A stretch of 64,000 nt of DNA from a virus. Position 1 is the first letter of the stretch. The number at the start of each line of letters is the position of its first letter. Positions 25,877-33,341 of the stretch are shown piece by piece. The DNA is taken from positions 32,152 to 96,151 of the IMG/VR virus record IMGVR_UViG_3300047509_000037, one strand, 5' to 3'. The notes beneath the pieces are model-generated. The model saw only the letters and a list, made by a program, of their open reading frames with translations, did not search any database and was not told the origin of the DNA. The position numbers were made by a program, and so were the translations under genes.

Positions 25877-26278
25877 ATGGATTCTGTCGGCAGCAAACCG
25901 GACCTATTCGGTGTGGGAACCCGTTACGACCACTACGTCGAATTGCGAGAGGTCTTCGCGCTAGGCTCAGAGGTCATTGACGGGCTGGAGAAAACCAACC
26001 GCATCTGCGAGGCTGACAAGGTGCTGCGGACCAAGTTACAGGGAGCCGTCGAGGTTATAAATAAACGGCTCTCGTACCTGAGCAACTTCGAGCAACTGAC
26101 GGTCTACAGTTCTGCGCTGGCTACGATGACTCGTGTCGTCGAACTCCAGCGCAAGGCGGGCAACTTGCCGGAGACCAAGAGTGGGAAGTTCGGAGCGACC
26201 AATGAGCAAGCAGCGGCGCAAGATGTCAATCAAGTACGTCCTGAAGAAAGTAAGGGCGGCGAAACCCTCAACGCCTAA
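25877..26278 (+). CDS. hypothetical protein
   Basis: AGGAG RBS. Confidence 0.7.
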   Translation: MDSVGSKPDLFGVGTRYDHYVELREVFALGSEVIDGLEKTNRICEADKVLRTKLQGAVEVINKRLSYLSNFEQLTVYSSALATMTRVVELQRKAGNLPETKSGKFGATNEQAAAQDVNQVRPEESKGGETLNA

Positions 26279-26690
26279 AGAGTTCCGTGCCCTCGGTCTT
26301 ACGCTGCGTGCGATTGGCTCCGGCGCATTCCGAGACGTGTTCAAGGTCACCAACTGCGACCTAGTCGTGAAGTTCCCGATGGAAGGCAGGACGTGCGGCA
26401 AGAAGCATACGCTGTCTGAAGTGCGGCGGCTCACGCGGCTGAGGAAGTCACGAGTGATGCGACCGCATCTGCCAGAGGTCTTCTATCTCGACAAGCAGCA
26501 CGGCGTCGTCATCATGCGCTACTACCCTGAGTACGAGTCGTTCGAGACGCAGGCTGGCTCTATGGGGAACCTGATTCAGAGGCTCATCTATGCACACACC
26601 CGCGTTCGCACTAGCGACATTCACACAGGCAACGTTCACAAACGGAGAACGAACCATGAGCAATCTGTCATTATCGACCTTGGTTATTGA
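26223..26690 (+). CDS. minimal protein-kinase-like protein
   Basis: IGSGAFRDVF, VVKFP, E, DIHTGNV, IIDLG. Confidence 0.75.
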   Translation: MSIKYVLKKVRAAKPSTPKEFRALGLTLRAIGSGAFRDVFKVTNCDLVVKFPMEGRTCGKKHTLSEVRRLTRLRKSRVMRPHLPEVFYLDKQHGVVIMRYYPEYESFETQAGSMGNLIQRLIYAHTRVRTSDIHTGNVHKRRTNHEQSVIIDLGY

Positions 26691-26880
26691 CCCGCACTTC
26701 TGGCAGTCGTTCCAGTACCAGTACCAGTACAACCGACCAGACACGAAGGTGGGCGAGAAGACGACCATCTACGGACGCTGGTTCTGCGCTGGCGTCAAAT
26801 GCGACGAGTGCATGGTACGCTGGTCTTGCTCTCTCGAAGCCGACGGACCAACGTTCGAGCCATGCGAGATGCACCGATGA
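26656..26880 (+). CDS. hypothetical protein
   Basis: GGAG RBS; CDEC..PCEMH. Confidence 0.6.
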   Translation: MSNLSLSTLVIDPHFWQSFQYQYQYNRPDTKVGEKTTIYGRWFCAGVKCDECMVRWSCSLEADGPTFEPCEMHR

Positions 26881-27239
26881 GATTCGCCAACGGGCGCTAC
26901 CCAATCGCACACGACCAAGAGCAGGAACCGATTGACAACCCATCGCAGCGTCTCATCCTCCAAGACGATTCGCTGAAGATGCGGAAGCGACCGGACTACG
27001 CTTACGACACCGAGAACGGATACGCCCGCGTCTGGACGTGGTGGTACACTCCCAAAGACTGTACCGACATGATTAAGGACGTGCGGGCGAAGGGGCTTGC
27101 GAAGGGCTTGCTGAAGATGGAGATTCTCATCGCGCAAGAGGCTTACGCTGAGTCGATGGATTGGTTCACACGAAATGGATTTGAGCGCGACGAGGGACGT
27201 GGGTCAGGCGACCTACTCTCTTTCGTTCGGGCGCTGTAG
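26877..27239 (+). CDS. hypothetical protein
   Basis: ATGA coupling. Confidence 0.65.
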   Translation: MRFANGRYPIAHDQEQEPIDNPSQRLILQDDSLKMRKRPDYAYDTENGYARVWTWWYTPKDCTDMIKDVRAKGLAKGLLKMEILIAQEAYAESMDWFTRNGFERDEGRGSGDLLSFVRAL

Positions 27240-27240
27240 T

Positions 27241-27327
27241 GCGGTTGTGGCGGAACTGGTAGACGCACAGCGTTGAGGTCGCTGTGGGAGCAATCCCGTG
27301 AAGGTTCGAGTCCTTTCAACCGCACCA
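27241..27327 (+). tRNA. tRNA-Leu(GAG)
   Basis: Canonical class II cloverleaf, CAGCG-TTGAGGT-CGCTG, long variable arm, ACCA end. Confidence 0.95.
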
Positions 27328-27332
27328 AAAGA

Positions 27333-27392
27333 AAAAGAGGCCCGCTGTCAATATAGTTCCATCATGAAACCATATTTGACAGTGGGCCTTTT
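27333..27392. terminator. long inverted repeat, probably terminator
   Basis: AGGCCCGCTGTCAATAT / ATATTTGACAGTGGGCCT flanked by A and T tracts. Confidence 0.65.
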
Positions 27393-27404
27393 GCATGTTA
27401 AGAT
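27376..27404 (+). promoter_or_regulatory. sigma70-type promoter for OMP moron
   Basis: TTGACA-N17-TAAGAT. Confidence 0.7.
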
Positions 27405-27427
27405 GTGGTAAGTTCTAGGAGGAACCC

Positions 27428-28126
27428 ATGAAAACTTTGTTTCGGATGTTCGCCGTTCTTTCGCTGCTTGTAATGTCGGCGGTTGCCCAGATTCCAACGC
27501 CGTACGTCTACGCCGGGGGAATTATTAACGGCTCTGGATATTCTACCGTTGCAAGTCTGGCGGGAGTCGGCCTCTCGTCGGAGTCAAACCATTTCTCTTG
27601 GCGTGCGGAAGCGGACTACGATAACGCCAAAAAGGTCGATGACGGAGTCAACGGAATCTCGGGACATAACACAGGACGCGACCGAGGGCTACGCACGTCG
27701 GTCTACTATCGTTTTAGCAATGGCTGGATGTTTGGCCCCGGTGCTCGATGGTCCGAGCTATCAACAACAGGCTATCAAAAACAATCGTGGCACGGAACGA
27801 TGGGCGTAGGAAAAGACTTCATCAGAGACAACTATTCTTTCCGATTGACCGCCGACGTTCTTGTGCCAAGGATTGGTTCAGAGCATGTCAACCAACAGGG
27901 CTGTACAATCCCTAAAGGGCAGTGTACGAGTGGGCCACAAGGTGTCGATGTTCATTACGTCCTGCCATCTCCAGCACTCCACGGACATTTCTTTTTCATG
28001 GTCGATGCTGGCGTATACGTCGTTCACACGACAGTGACCAGCACCGACCCGAAGTTGACCGCCCTGCAAATCGCCGCGAAACAAACGACCGGAAGCACAT
28101 CATTCACATTACTAGTTCGATTCTAG
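27428..28126 (+). CDS. outer-membrane beta-barrel protein (moron)
   Basis: Signal peptide ending AVA-Q, alternating aromatic/polar strands, C-terminal F (FTLLVRF). Confidence 0.65.
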   Translation: MKTLFRMFAVLSLLVMSAVAQIPTPYVYAGGIINGSGYSTVASLAGVGLSSESNHFSWRAEADYDNAKKVDDGVNGISGHNTGRDRGLRTSVYYRFSNGWMFGPGARWSELSTTGYQKQSWHGTMGVGKDFIRDNYSFRLTADVLVPRIGSEHVNQQGCTIPKGQCTSGPQGVDVHYVLPSPALHGHFFFMVDAGVYVVHTTVTSTDPKLTALQIAAKQTTGSTSFTLLVRF

Positions 28127-29838
28127 CTTGCTTTTTGGAGAACAAATACAATAGTGACATGGACAGTGACGGTGTTGAGACTCAAGGTAAGAGTCCACGC
28201 CGTCGCTGCCGTTGTAGCCGGAAGGGGCGGGTCGAAACTCACATTGATGACCGTTGGGTCCGCTGTCGCAGCCGCCAGAGCACCTGTGTCCATATCGAAA
28301 ATATACGTGTTCGTTCCATCACTCAGACTAGCAGTGAAGGCTAAGTCAGTCGTCGCCGCCGGAGTGACTGTCAAAACCAGAGTCGAGATGTCCGCAAAGA
28401 TTCCCGCCGCTTGAGCCGCAACAACAGTTGTCGCTACACTGGAATTCGTGATAGTGGTTGCTTGCCCCTTTGTCTGGCCGCGACGATACGGCTTCACGAA
28501 CACACTGCCTTGATAATCAGACTGGATAGCTACTGATTGGCCCGCTGCGAGAGACGGTGCAGTAGTCTGGTTAACACTCAGAGTCGCAACAGCATTCGCT
28601 GGGGCCGTGGCTGCGGTAATGACCGCGTCCAGAGCCGCTGCGGTCGAACCGCTGATACCAACTTTCTGTACACCTGAAGCCGCCGTTGAAACAGCCGCGT
28701 TACCGATGTTCTTTGTATTGTGGTCGAGAACCCCCGCTGTGGTTTCGAGACTCGTTCCTGCACGACCTTCGATACCGACAAGCTGGACGCCCGCCGCCGC
28801 AGTGCTGCAAGCAATGCCCACAACAGAGGACAAATCCCCCTTCAGGGCAGTAGTTGCCGCGATAACAGCAGCTTGTGTGGTGCCGTCCCAAATCTTGACC
28901 TGTGAGTCGTTAGATACCGTGACACGAGGAGCACCCGTGCCGGAGACACCAGTCCCCGTCAGAATTGCATTTCCCGCAATCTGGTCGAGACTCTCCCGAA
29001 TAAACCCATTCGGGGTACTCAGCAACGGCTTGAATCCCGTCACCGCCCCGCCCGCGTTCGTGGTATATGACCCACCCAGAGAAATCGCGAGTGGTACAGT
29101 TTCCACAACCGACAGAGTAATAGTACCTTGAGTAGTGACTGTACTCAGCCGTGCTCGAAGTTGACCAAAGCCGACATTACGAATTTCATATGTAGCCGTG
29201 GCTGCAGTCCCTACCGGGTTAGATGAACTGAAGAACGAACTCGACGGGACCAGAATATCTTGAACATTGGTCGCGGTCCATGTCGCTCCACCATCAGTCG
29301 TGTACTCGAAGGTGATAGCCCCGTTAGCCGAGCCTGTCTGGGTGACTTGTACTGTGACAAATGCGGGACTGTCACCCGAAACTGTGAGATTGGCAGTCGT
29401 GTTGAGCGGCGTACTGGAGTTCCACGTAGCCACACTAGTATTCACTAGGCCCGCAGGCTGTGAGGCAACGGGAGTCATGCCGGACTCACCCTGAATTGAA
29501 ATCACATCAACTGATGGAGTCCCAGCTACGCCCACTGCTGGTTGCTTCGCACTGGTTGCTGCTCCAGTCGGAGTCACAGATGCCGCGACATTGACATTAA
29601 GATTTCCAGAAGGGTCAAGAGAGACAGGCTGGAGAACTCCACTCTCGCTACCGCCAACGAGTGTAGCCGAGGAAGGTGCCCCCGCACCTATTGGAGCGAC
29701 AGAAGCGTTAGAGCCTCCACCAGAGGTCACGTTGACCTTCAGGGCACCAGTACTATCAACATCTGCGAGATTTCCCGAGAAACCTTCAATGATAGATTTC
29801 GGACCTTGCACAACAGGATTTTGAACGGGCTGAGTCAT
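28123..29838 (-). CDS. Ala/Thr/Gly-rich beta-structured virion fibre or appendage protein
   Basis: VDSTGALKV and LDPSGNLNV repeats, STAA.GVQ.VGI repeats; end of late arm. Confidence 0.6.
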   Translation of the reverse strand: MTQPVQNPVVQGPKSIIEGFSGNLADVDSTGALKVNVTSGGGSNASVAPIGAGAPSSATLVGGSESGVLQPVSLDPSGNLNVNVAASVTPTGAATSAKQPAVGVAGTPSVDVISIQGESGMTPVASQPAGLVNTSVATWNSSTPLNTTANLTVSGDSPAFVTVQVTQTGSANGAITFEYTTDGGATWTATNVQDILVPSSSFFSSSNPVGTAATATYEIRNVGFGQLRARLSTVTTQGTITLSVVETVPLAISLGGSYTTNAGGAVTGFKPLLSTPNGFIRESLDQIAGNAILTGTGVSGTGAPRVTVSNDSQVKIWDGTTQAAVIAATTALKGDLSSVVGIACSTAAAGVQLVGIEGRAGTSLETTAGVLDHNTKNIGNAAVSTAASGVQKVGISGSTAAALDAVITAATAPANAVATLSVNQTTAPSLAAGQSVAIQSDYQGSVFVKPYRRGQTKGQATTITNSSVATTVVAAQAAGIFADISTLVLTVTPAATTDLAFTASLSDGTNTYIFDMDTGALAAATADPTVINVSFDPPLPATTAATAWTLTLSLNTVTVHVTIVFVLQKAS

Positions 29839-29849
29839 GATTTTTTTTT

Positions 29850-30074
29850 CTACACTTCATTCCCGAAGTGTGTAGGGTCCGGTTGCCAAGTGACCGGATT
29901 TGAGTCTAGGCTGGGGTTTGTCGCAGGAATCGGATTGCCGAAATGCGACGGATTAGGAGTGGGCCAAGTCACAGGATTACTATCATCCTTCGGACTCGCG
30001 GGAGGAACCGGATTTCCTTTTCGATAACTCTTTCCGGTCGTGTTGAGGTCAGTACGTACAACACCTTCAGGCAT
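29850..30074 (-). CDS. small Pro-rich tandem-repeat protein
   Basis: Two copies of GNP.P...P..DSNPVTW..P.P.HF with synonymous divergence. Confidence 0.6.
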   Translation of the reverse strand: MPEGVVRTDLNTTGKSYRKGNPVPPASPKDDSNPVTWPTPNPSHFGNPIPATNPSLDSNPVTWQPDPTHFGNEV

Positions 30075-30093
30075 GACGACCTTTCAGAATCTT

Positions 30094-30168
30094 TGGTGGA
30101 CAGTACAGGGGTTGAACCTGCAACCTCCTGCGTGCAAGGCAGGCGCTCTCCCATTGAGCTAACCGCCC
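30094..30168 (-). tRNA. tRNA-Ala(TGC)
   Basis: GGGCGGT/ACTGTCC with G3-U70, CCTGC-CTTGCAC-GCAGG, ACCA. Confidence 0.95.
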
Positions 30169-30283
30169 ACAGGACATGTACTGGCACGATTCCCGAGGCA
30201 CAAGGCCGCAGGGTTGACAGCCGACTCCGTAGAGTCTCCCGCATGTCCACGGGTTCTCACAGCAATCGATAGGCTATTTCGCA

Positions 30284-30409
30284 TTACTCCATCGATGTGT
30301 AGTTGTTGTTCATCGGTGCCCGCCACAGAACGCGAATGGCTGCGTAGCCATTGGCGACATCGTCGGCGGTCATCGTGTAAATCACTTTAGTGCAATTGGG
30401 CGAAGACAT
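30284..30409 (-). CDS. 41-aa ORF, possibly a gene fragment
   Basis: GGAGAGGG RBS; MSSPNCTKVIYTMTADDVANGYAAIRVLWRAPMNNNYTSME. Confidence 0.4.
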   Translation of the reverse strand: MSSPNCTKVIYTMTADDVANGYAAIRVLWRAPMNNNYTSME

Positions 30410-30524
30410 GGTGCCCTCTCCACTCCAACACAGGACCGGAGTAGGCGAACACGTTATGACTGTGTAGTAGCCCGAAGTGCGACTAGGTTAGAACGTTCGG
30501 AGCCGTTCTCTGCTCCCGAAGTTT

Positions 30525-30602
30525 TGGTAGCGGGAGTTGGATTTGAACCAACGTACTCTGGATTATGAGACCAGCGAGGGAACCGGACTCCTCTATCCCG
30601 CC
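30525..30602 (-). tRNA. tRNA-Met(CAT) (Met/fMet/Ile2 identity uncertain)
   Basis: GGCGGGA/TCCCGCT, CTGGT-CTCATAA-TCCAG, T arm GTTGG-TTCAAAT-CCAAC, ACCA. Confidence 0.9.
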
Positions 30603-30608
30603 ATCGGG

Positions 30609-31319
30609 TTAAGGCTTGATTGCTTCACGACCGAGGAACCCGACAGCAACACCAGCCCAGAAAGTTTTCCACTTACTCCGGCGGGCGTCTTTCACGAGGG
30701 CATCCTTCTCATCTTTCCATGCCTTCGCGTTCTTGTCGTCTTCGGTCTTCATGCTGCCGATAAGTTTATCGCGGTCAGCCACTTGTGTCAAGGCTGATGC
30801 GGTATTCGCTTGCGAGTCACTCAACTGCTCTTTGGTGTCTGTCAGGTCTGCGCTACAAGCATCTGACAAAAGTTTCGTAGCGGTGAACTGCTGGAGGTCT
30901 ACCGTCGGCACGTTCGCGCCGGAGTCGGTTGCGACCAACGGCGTAGGCAGCGCCGGATACGCGGCGTTCAAATCTGCGACCGCCTCAGGCGGCGTCTTCG
31001 GTGCCGTGACTTCTACCACCTTCTTCTGGGTAGCTGCGTCACGAGCGACGATGGTCTGGACGAGCGTTGCAATCTCGGCGTCCTTCGCGGCACGCTCTTG
31101 TTGCGCGACGGCGTCGTGTTGCGCCATCGTAGCCGTCATCTGGTCAACGATTGCTTTCTGTGCGGCGGCATCCTTCGCGGAGACCGATGCTTCGATGTCC
31201 GCCTTATGTGCGGCGTAGTCGATGTACTTGGTCGTCCCCATGAACCCGACCGCGAGAACCGCTGCGATGATGATGAGACGTTCGTGTGCAACGAACCACT
31301 TCAGATACGTGTCCAGCAT
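30609..31319 (-). CDS. membrane-anchored coiled-coil protein, spanin-like
   Basis: N-terminal TM, Ala-rich coiled coil, hydrophobic C-terminus. Confidence 0.55.
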   Translation of the reverse strand: MLDTYLKWFVAHERLIIIAAVLAVGFMGTTKYIDYAAHKADIEASVSAKDAAAQKAIVDQMTATMAQHDAVAQQERAAKDAEIATLVQTIVARDAATQKKVVEVTAPKTPPEAVADLNAAYPALPTPLVATDSGANVPTVDLQQFTATKLLSDACSADLTDTKEQLSDSQANTASALTQVADRDKLIGSMKTEDDKNAKAWKDEKDALVKDARRSKWKTFWAGVAVGFLGREAIKP

Positions 31320-31327
31320 GTTGTCTC

Positions 31328-31531
31328 CTACTGATTGACGAGAAACGTTCCGTCGTCACTAATCTGCGTTCCCGGCAGACCGCTCAACTGGTCGAGTGCC
31401 TGTTGGAACACTTGACGCTTCACTTCAAGGTCGGCAGAAGCCGCCTGAATGGTTGCGAACGCCGTCTTGTACGCGGCAACCTTTGAACTGATTGCCGATT
31501 GCTGCGGTGCTGTCAACGGTGTGACCTTCAT
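31328..31531 (-). CDS. small hypothetical protein
   Basis: AGGAG RBS. Confidence 0.7.
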   Translation of the reverse strand: MKVTPLTAPQQSAISSKVAAYKTAFATIQAASADLEVKRQVFQQALDQLSGLPGTQISDDGTFLVNQ

Positions 31532-31575
31532 GCTTCTCCTGTGGTGCCAGTTTGTCCGAACTAGGAAACGGATTG

Positions 31576-31652
31576 GGTGGCGAGTGGAAGTCGAATCCAC
31601 CAGAGGTCAGGTTCACAGCCTGCCATAACATTCCCAGAGTTATCATCGCCAC
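31576..31652 (-). tRNA. tRNA-His(GTG), atypical
   Basis: GTGGCGA/TCGCCAC, C73, loop CTGTGAA, T arm GTGGA-TTCGACT-TCCAC; 5-bp D stem; no encoded G-1. Confidence 0.75.
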
Positions 31653-31717
31653 AATTTGCCGCACACGCTCACCGGGGTAACTTCGTTCTTGTCCCGCGTT
31701 GGTGTGCGGACTTAATC

Positions 31718-31797
31718 TGGTCCCCGTGGCAGGTGGTGTGCCCTGCGACCCTCGCCTTCCAATGGCGATGCTGACCACATTTCTCAGCTTCACGGGG
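31718..31797 (-). tRNA. tRNA-Pro(TGG) with non-canonical T loop
   Basis: CCCCGTG/CACGGGG-A-CCA, D stem GCTG/CAGC, TCGCC-ATTGGAA-GGCGA, T arm GCAGG-GCACACCA-CCTGC. Confidence 0.75.
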
Positions 31798-31928
31798 TCA
31801 TAGAATTTGTGTGGGTCTTCGGCTCACGCTTCAGGTTACACCCACTGTCACCCCTGACCATTTCGCTTCTAACAGGCTGGTCAGTCCACGCTCCTGCACA
31901 TCGGGGTTCTCCCGGCAAGCAGGTTATC

Positions 31929-32408
31929 TTACAGCGTCTTCAGGTCGAAGAACGTCTTGATGCTCTGGTACTCGTGCGGCGACAGCGGTTCTGCCGTTCC
32001 CACTTCACCCTTCTCGTTCAGAGAGGCAATCTGGTCGGGCATGTCATTCAACGTCGCTGGGCGCTTGCCCAACTTGATGAGTGTCGCGGTGAAGACGTAG
32101 CCGATGAGATTCCAAATCGCCTGAGTCGCGTGAGGTTCGTCACGCATCCCAGCCTTCAGCTTCGCCAAGTGTCGTTCGCAGGAGTCGATATACCATGACA
32201 GCGGCATACCCTTCTCCCAATTACGTGACGCGTACTTTGCCGCGCCGTCTTCGTAAATCCGGCTGACCATCCAGATGACCCAATTCGGCACGAGGGATGG
32301 TTTGCCCTTGTTTGCCGACTTGTCGCGCACTGCGCCTGTTTCCGTTGTACGACGTTCGCCGGAGTCTTTGAACCCCTCGACCATCGTCTTTGTCTCACTC
32401 CCCATCAT
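31929..32408 (-). CDS. dATP/dGTP diphosphohydrolase-like (DUF5664) protein
   Basis: DSGERR..TGAVRD..KGKPSL..GAAKY..RNWEKGMP..S.ERHL...E.H..A.WN. Confidence 0.8.
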   Translation of the reverse strand: MMGSETKTMVEGFKDSGERRTTETGAVRDKSANKGKPSLVPNWVIWMVSRIYEDGAAKYASRNWEKGMPLSWYIDSCERHLAKLKAGMRDEPHATQAIWNLIGYVFTATLIKLGKRPATLNDMPDQIASLNEKGEVGTAEPLSPHEYQSIKTFFDLKTL

Positions 32409-33043
32409 TCCCCCTTCAGAACAATTTCAGCGAACTCGTTCACTGAGTAAACGCGTTGAAATTCGGGATTGACATAGTCCTGATTGTGAGACGCGTTCAT
32501 CAGAAAAACTTGACAGGTCGGGTTCGCCTTCTTGATTGCTTCACAGTTTGTCGGACGGTCGTCGATGAAGTAGTCGTACTTCAGCGCAGCCGCCAACGGA
32601 CCTTTCTCGTTCGAGACGAACACCGTCGGGAACGCGATAAGGAAATTCTTTCGGAGCCATGTTGCAGATTGGCGTCCAACGTCGATGCCGCCCTTCGTCA
32701 CCGCACGAGCCGTCGGAAAATACAACTTGGTCCGATAGTCCAGCTTGTTGATGAGTTGAGCGTCAACCCCCGGCATGACTTCGAGAGTCTGCCAGAAGTC
32801 GGGCGTGGCGATGATGACATCCCACACTGCGACGACGATTTTGTCCTTCTGCTCCGGCGTTAATGGAGTCCCGTCGAGGAACTTGCAACCGTCCCAATCC
32901 CAATTGGACTGAAGTACGTTCGGGTCCACTTGGAACAGCCGACGGGCGATGTCCATGAACGTCTTCATGAAATTCGCTAGAACGTCGTCAAGGTCCATGC
33001 CAACAATCTTGCGATTGTCTTTGATGAAGTTTGGGGCTGGCAT
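32405..33043 (-). CDS. HAD-family 5'(3')-deoxyribonucleotidase
   Basis: DLDDVLANF, TAR, K, FIDD, HN. Confidence 0.85.
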   Translation of the reverse strand: MPAPNFIKDNRKIVGMDLDDVLANFMKTFMDIARRLFQVDPNVLQSNWDWDGCKFLDGTPLTPEQKDKIVVAVWDVIIATPDFWQTLEVMPGVDAQLINKLDYRTKLYFPTARAVTKGGIDVGRQSATWLRKNFLIAFPTVFVSNEKGPLAAALKYDYFIDDRPTNCEAIKKANPTCQVFLMNASHNQDYVNPEFQRVYSVNEFAEIVLKGE

Positions 33044-33044
33044 G

Positions 33045-33314
33045 TTAGCTCAACCCCAAATCCTTCAGAGCCGGAGGGGTCTGTTCGCCCTTCACAATTC
33101 TGAAACCCTTGATGAAGTTCATGTCGTTCATCGCCTGAAGACGCTGGGTGTGGATGAGCCAGTAGGGAACCTCGTAGGCTACCTCTTGCGTTCCACCTTC
33201 AGCGGTCTTGGTGATGATTGACATTTCACACGTAGGACCGCAGCCGTAGCTGCCATCCAACGGAATTACGAAGCCTTTCGGCTGGTCTTGGTCTTCGGAC
33301 ATAGTCTCCTCCAT
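33045..33314 (-). CDS. hypothetical protein
   Basis: GGAGGAG RBS (start may be 33302). Confidence 0.65.
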   Translation of the reverse strand: MEETMSEDQDQPKGFVIPLDGSYGCGPTCEMSIITKTAEGGTQEVAYEVPYWLIHTQRLQAMNDMNFIKGFRIVKGEQTPPALKDLGLS

Positions 33315-33341
33315 GCTCGAACGATTTGTACTGCGAAACCT

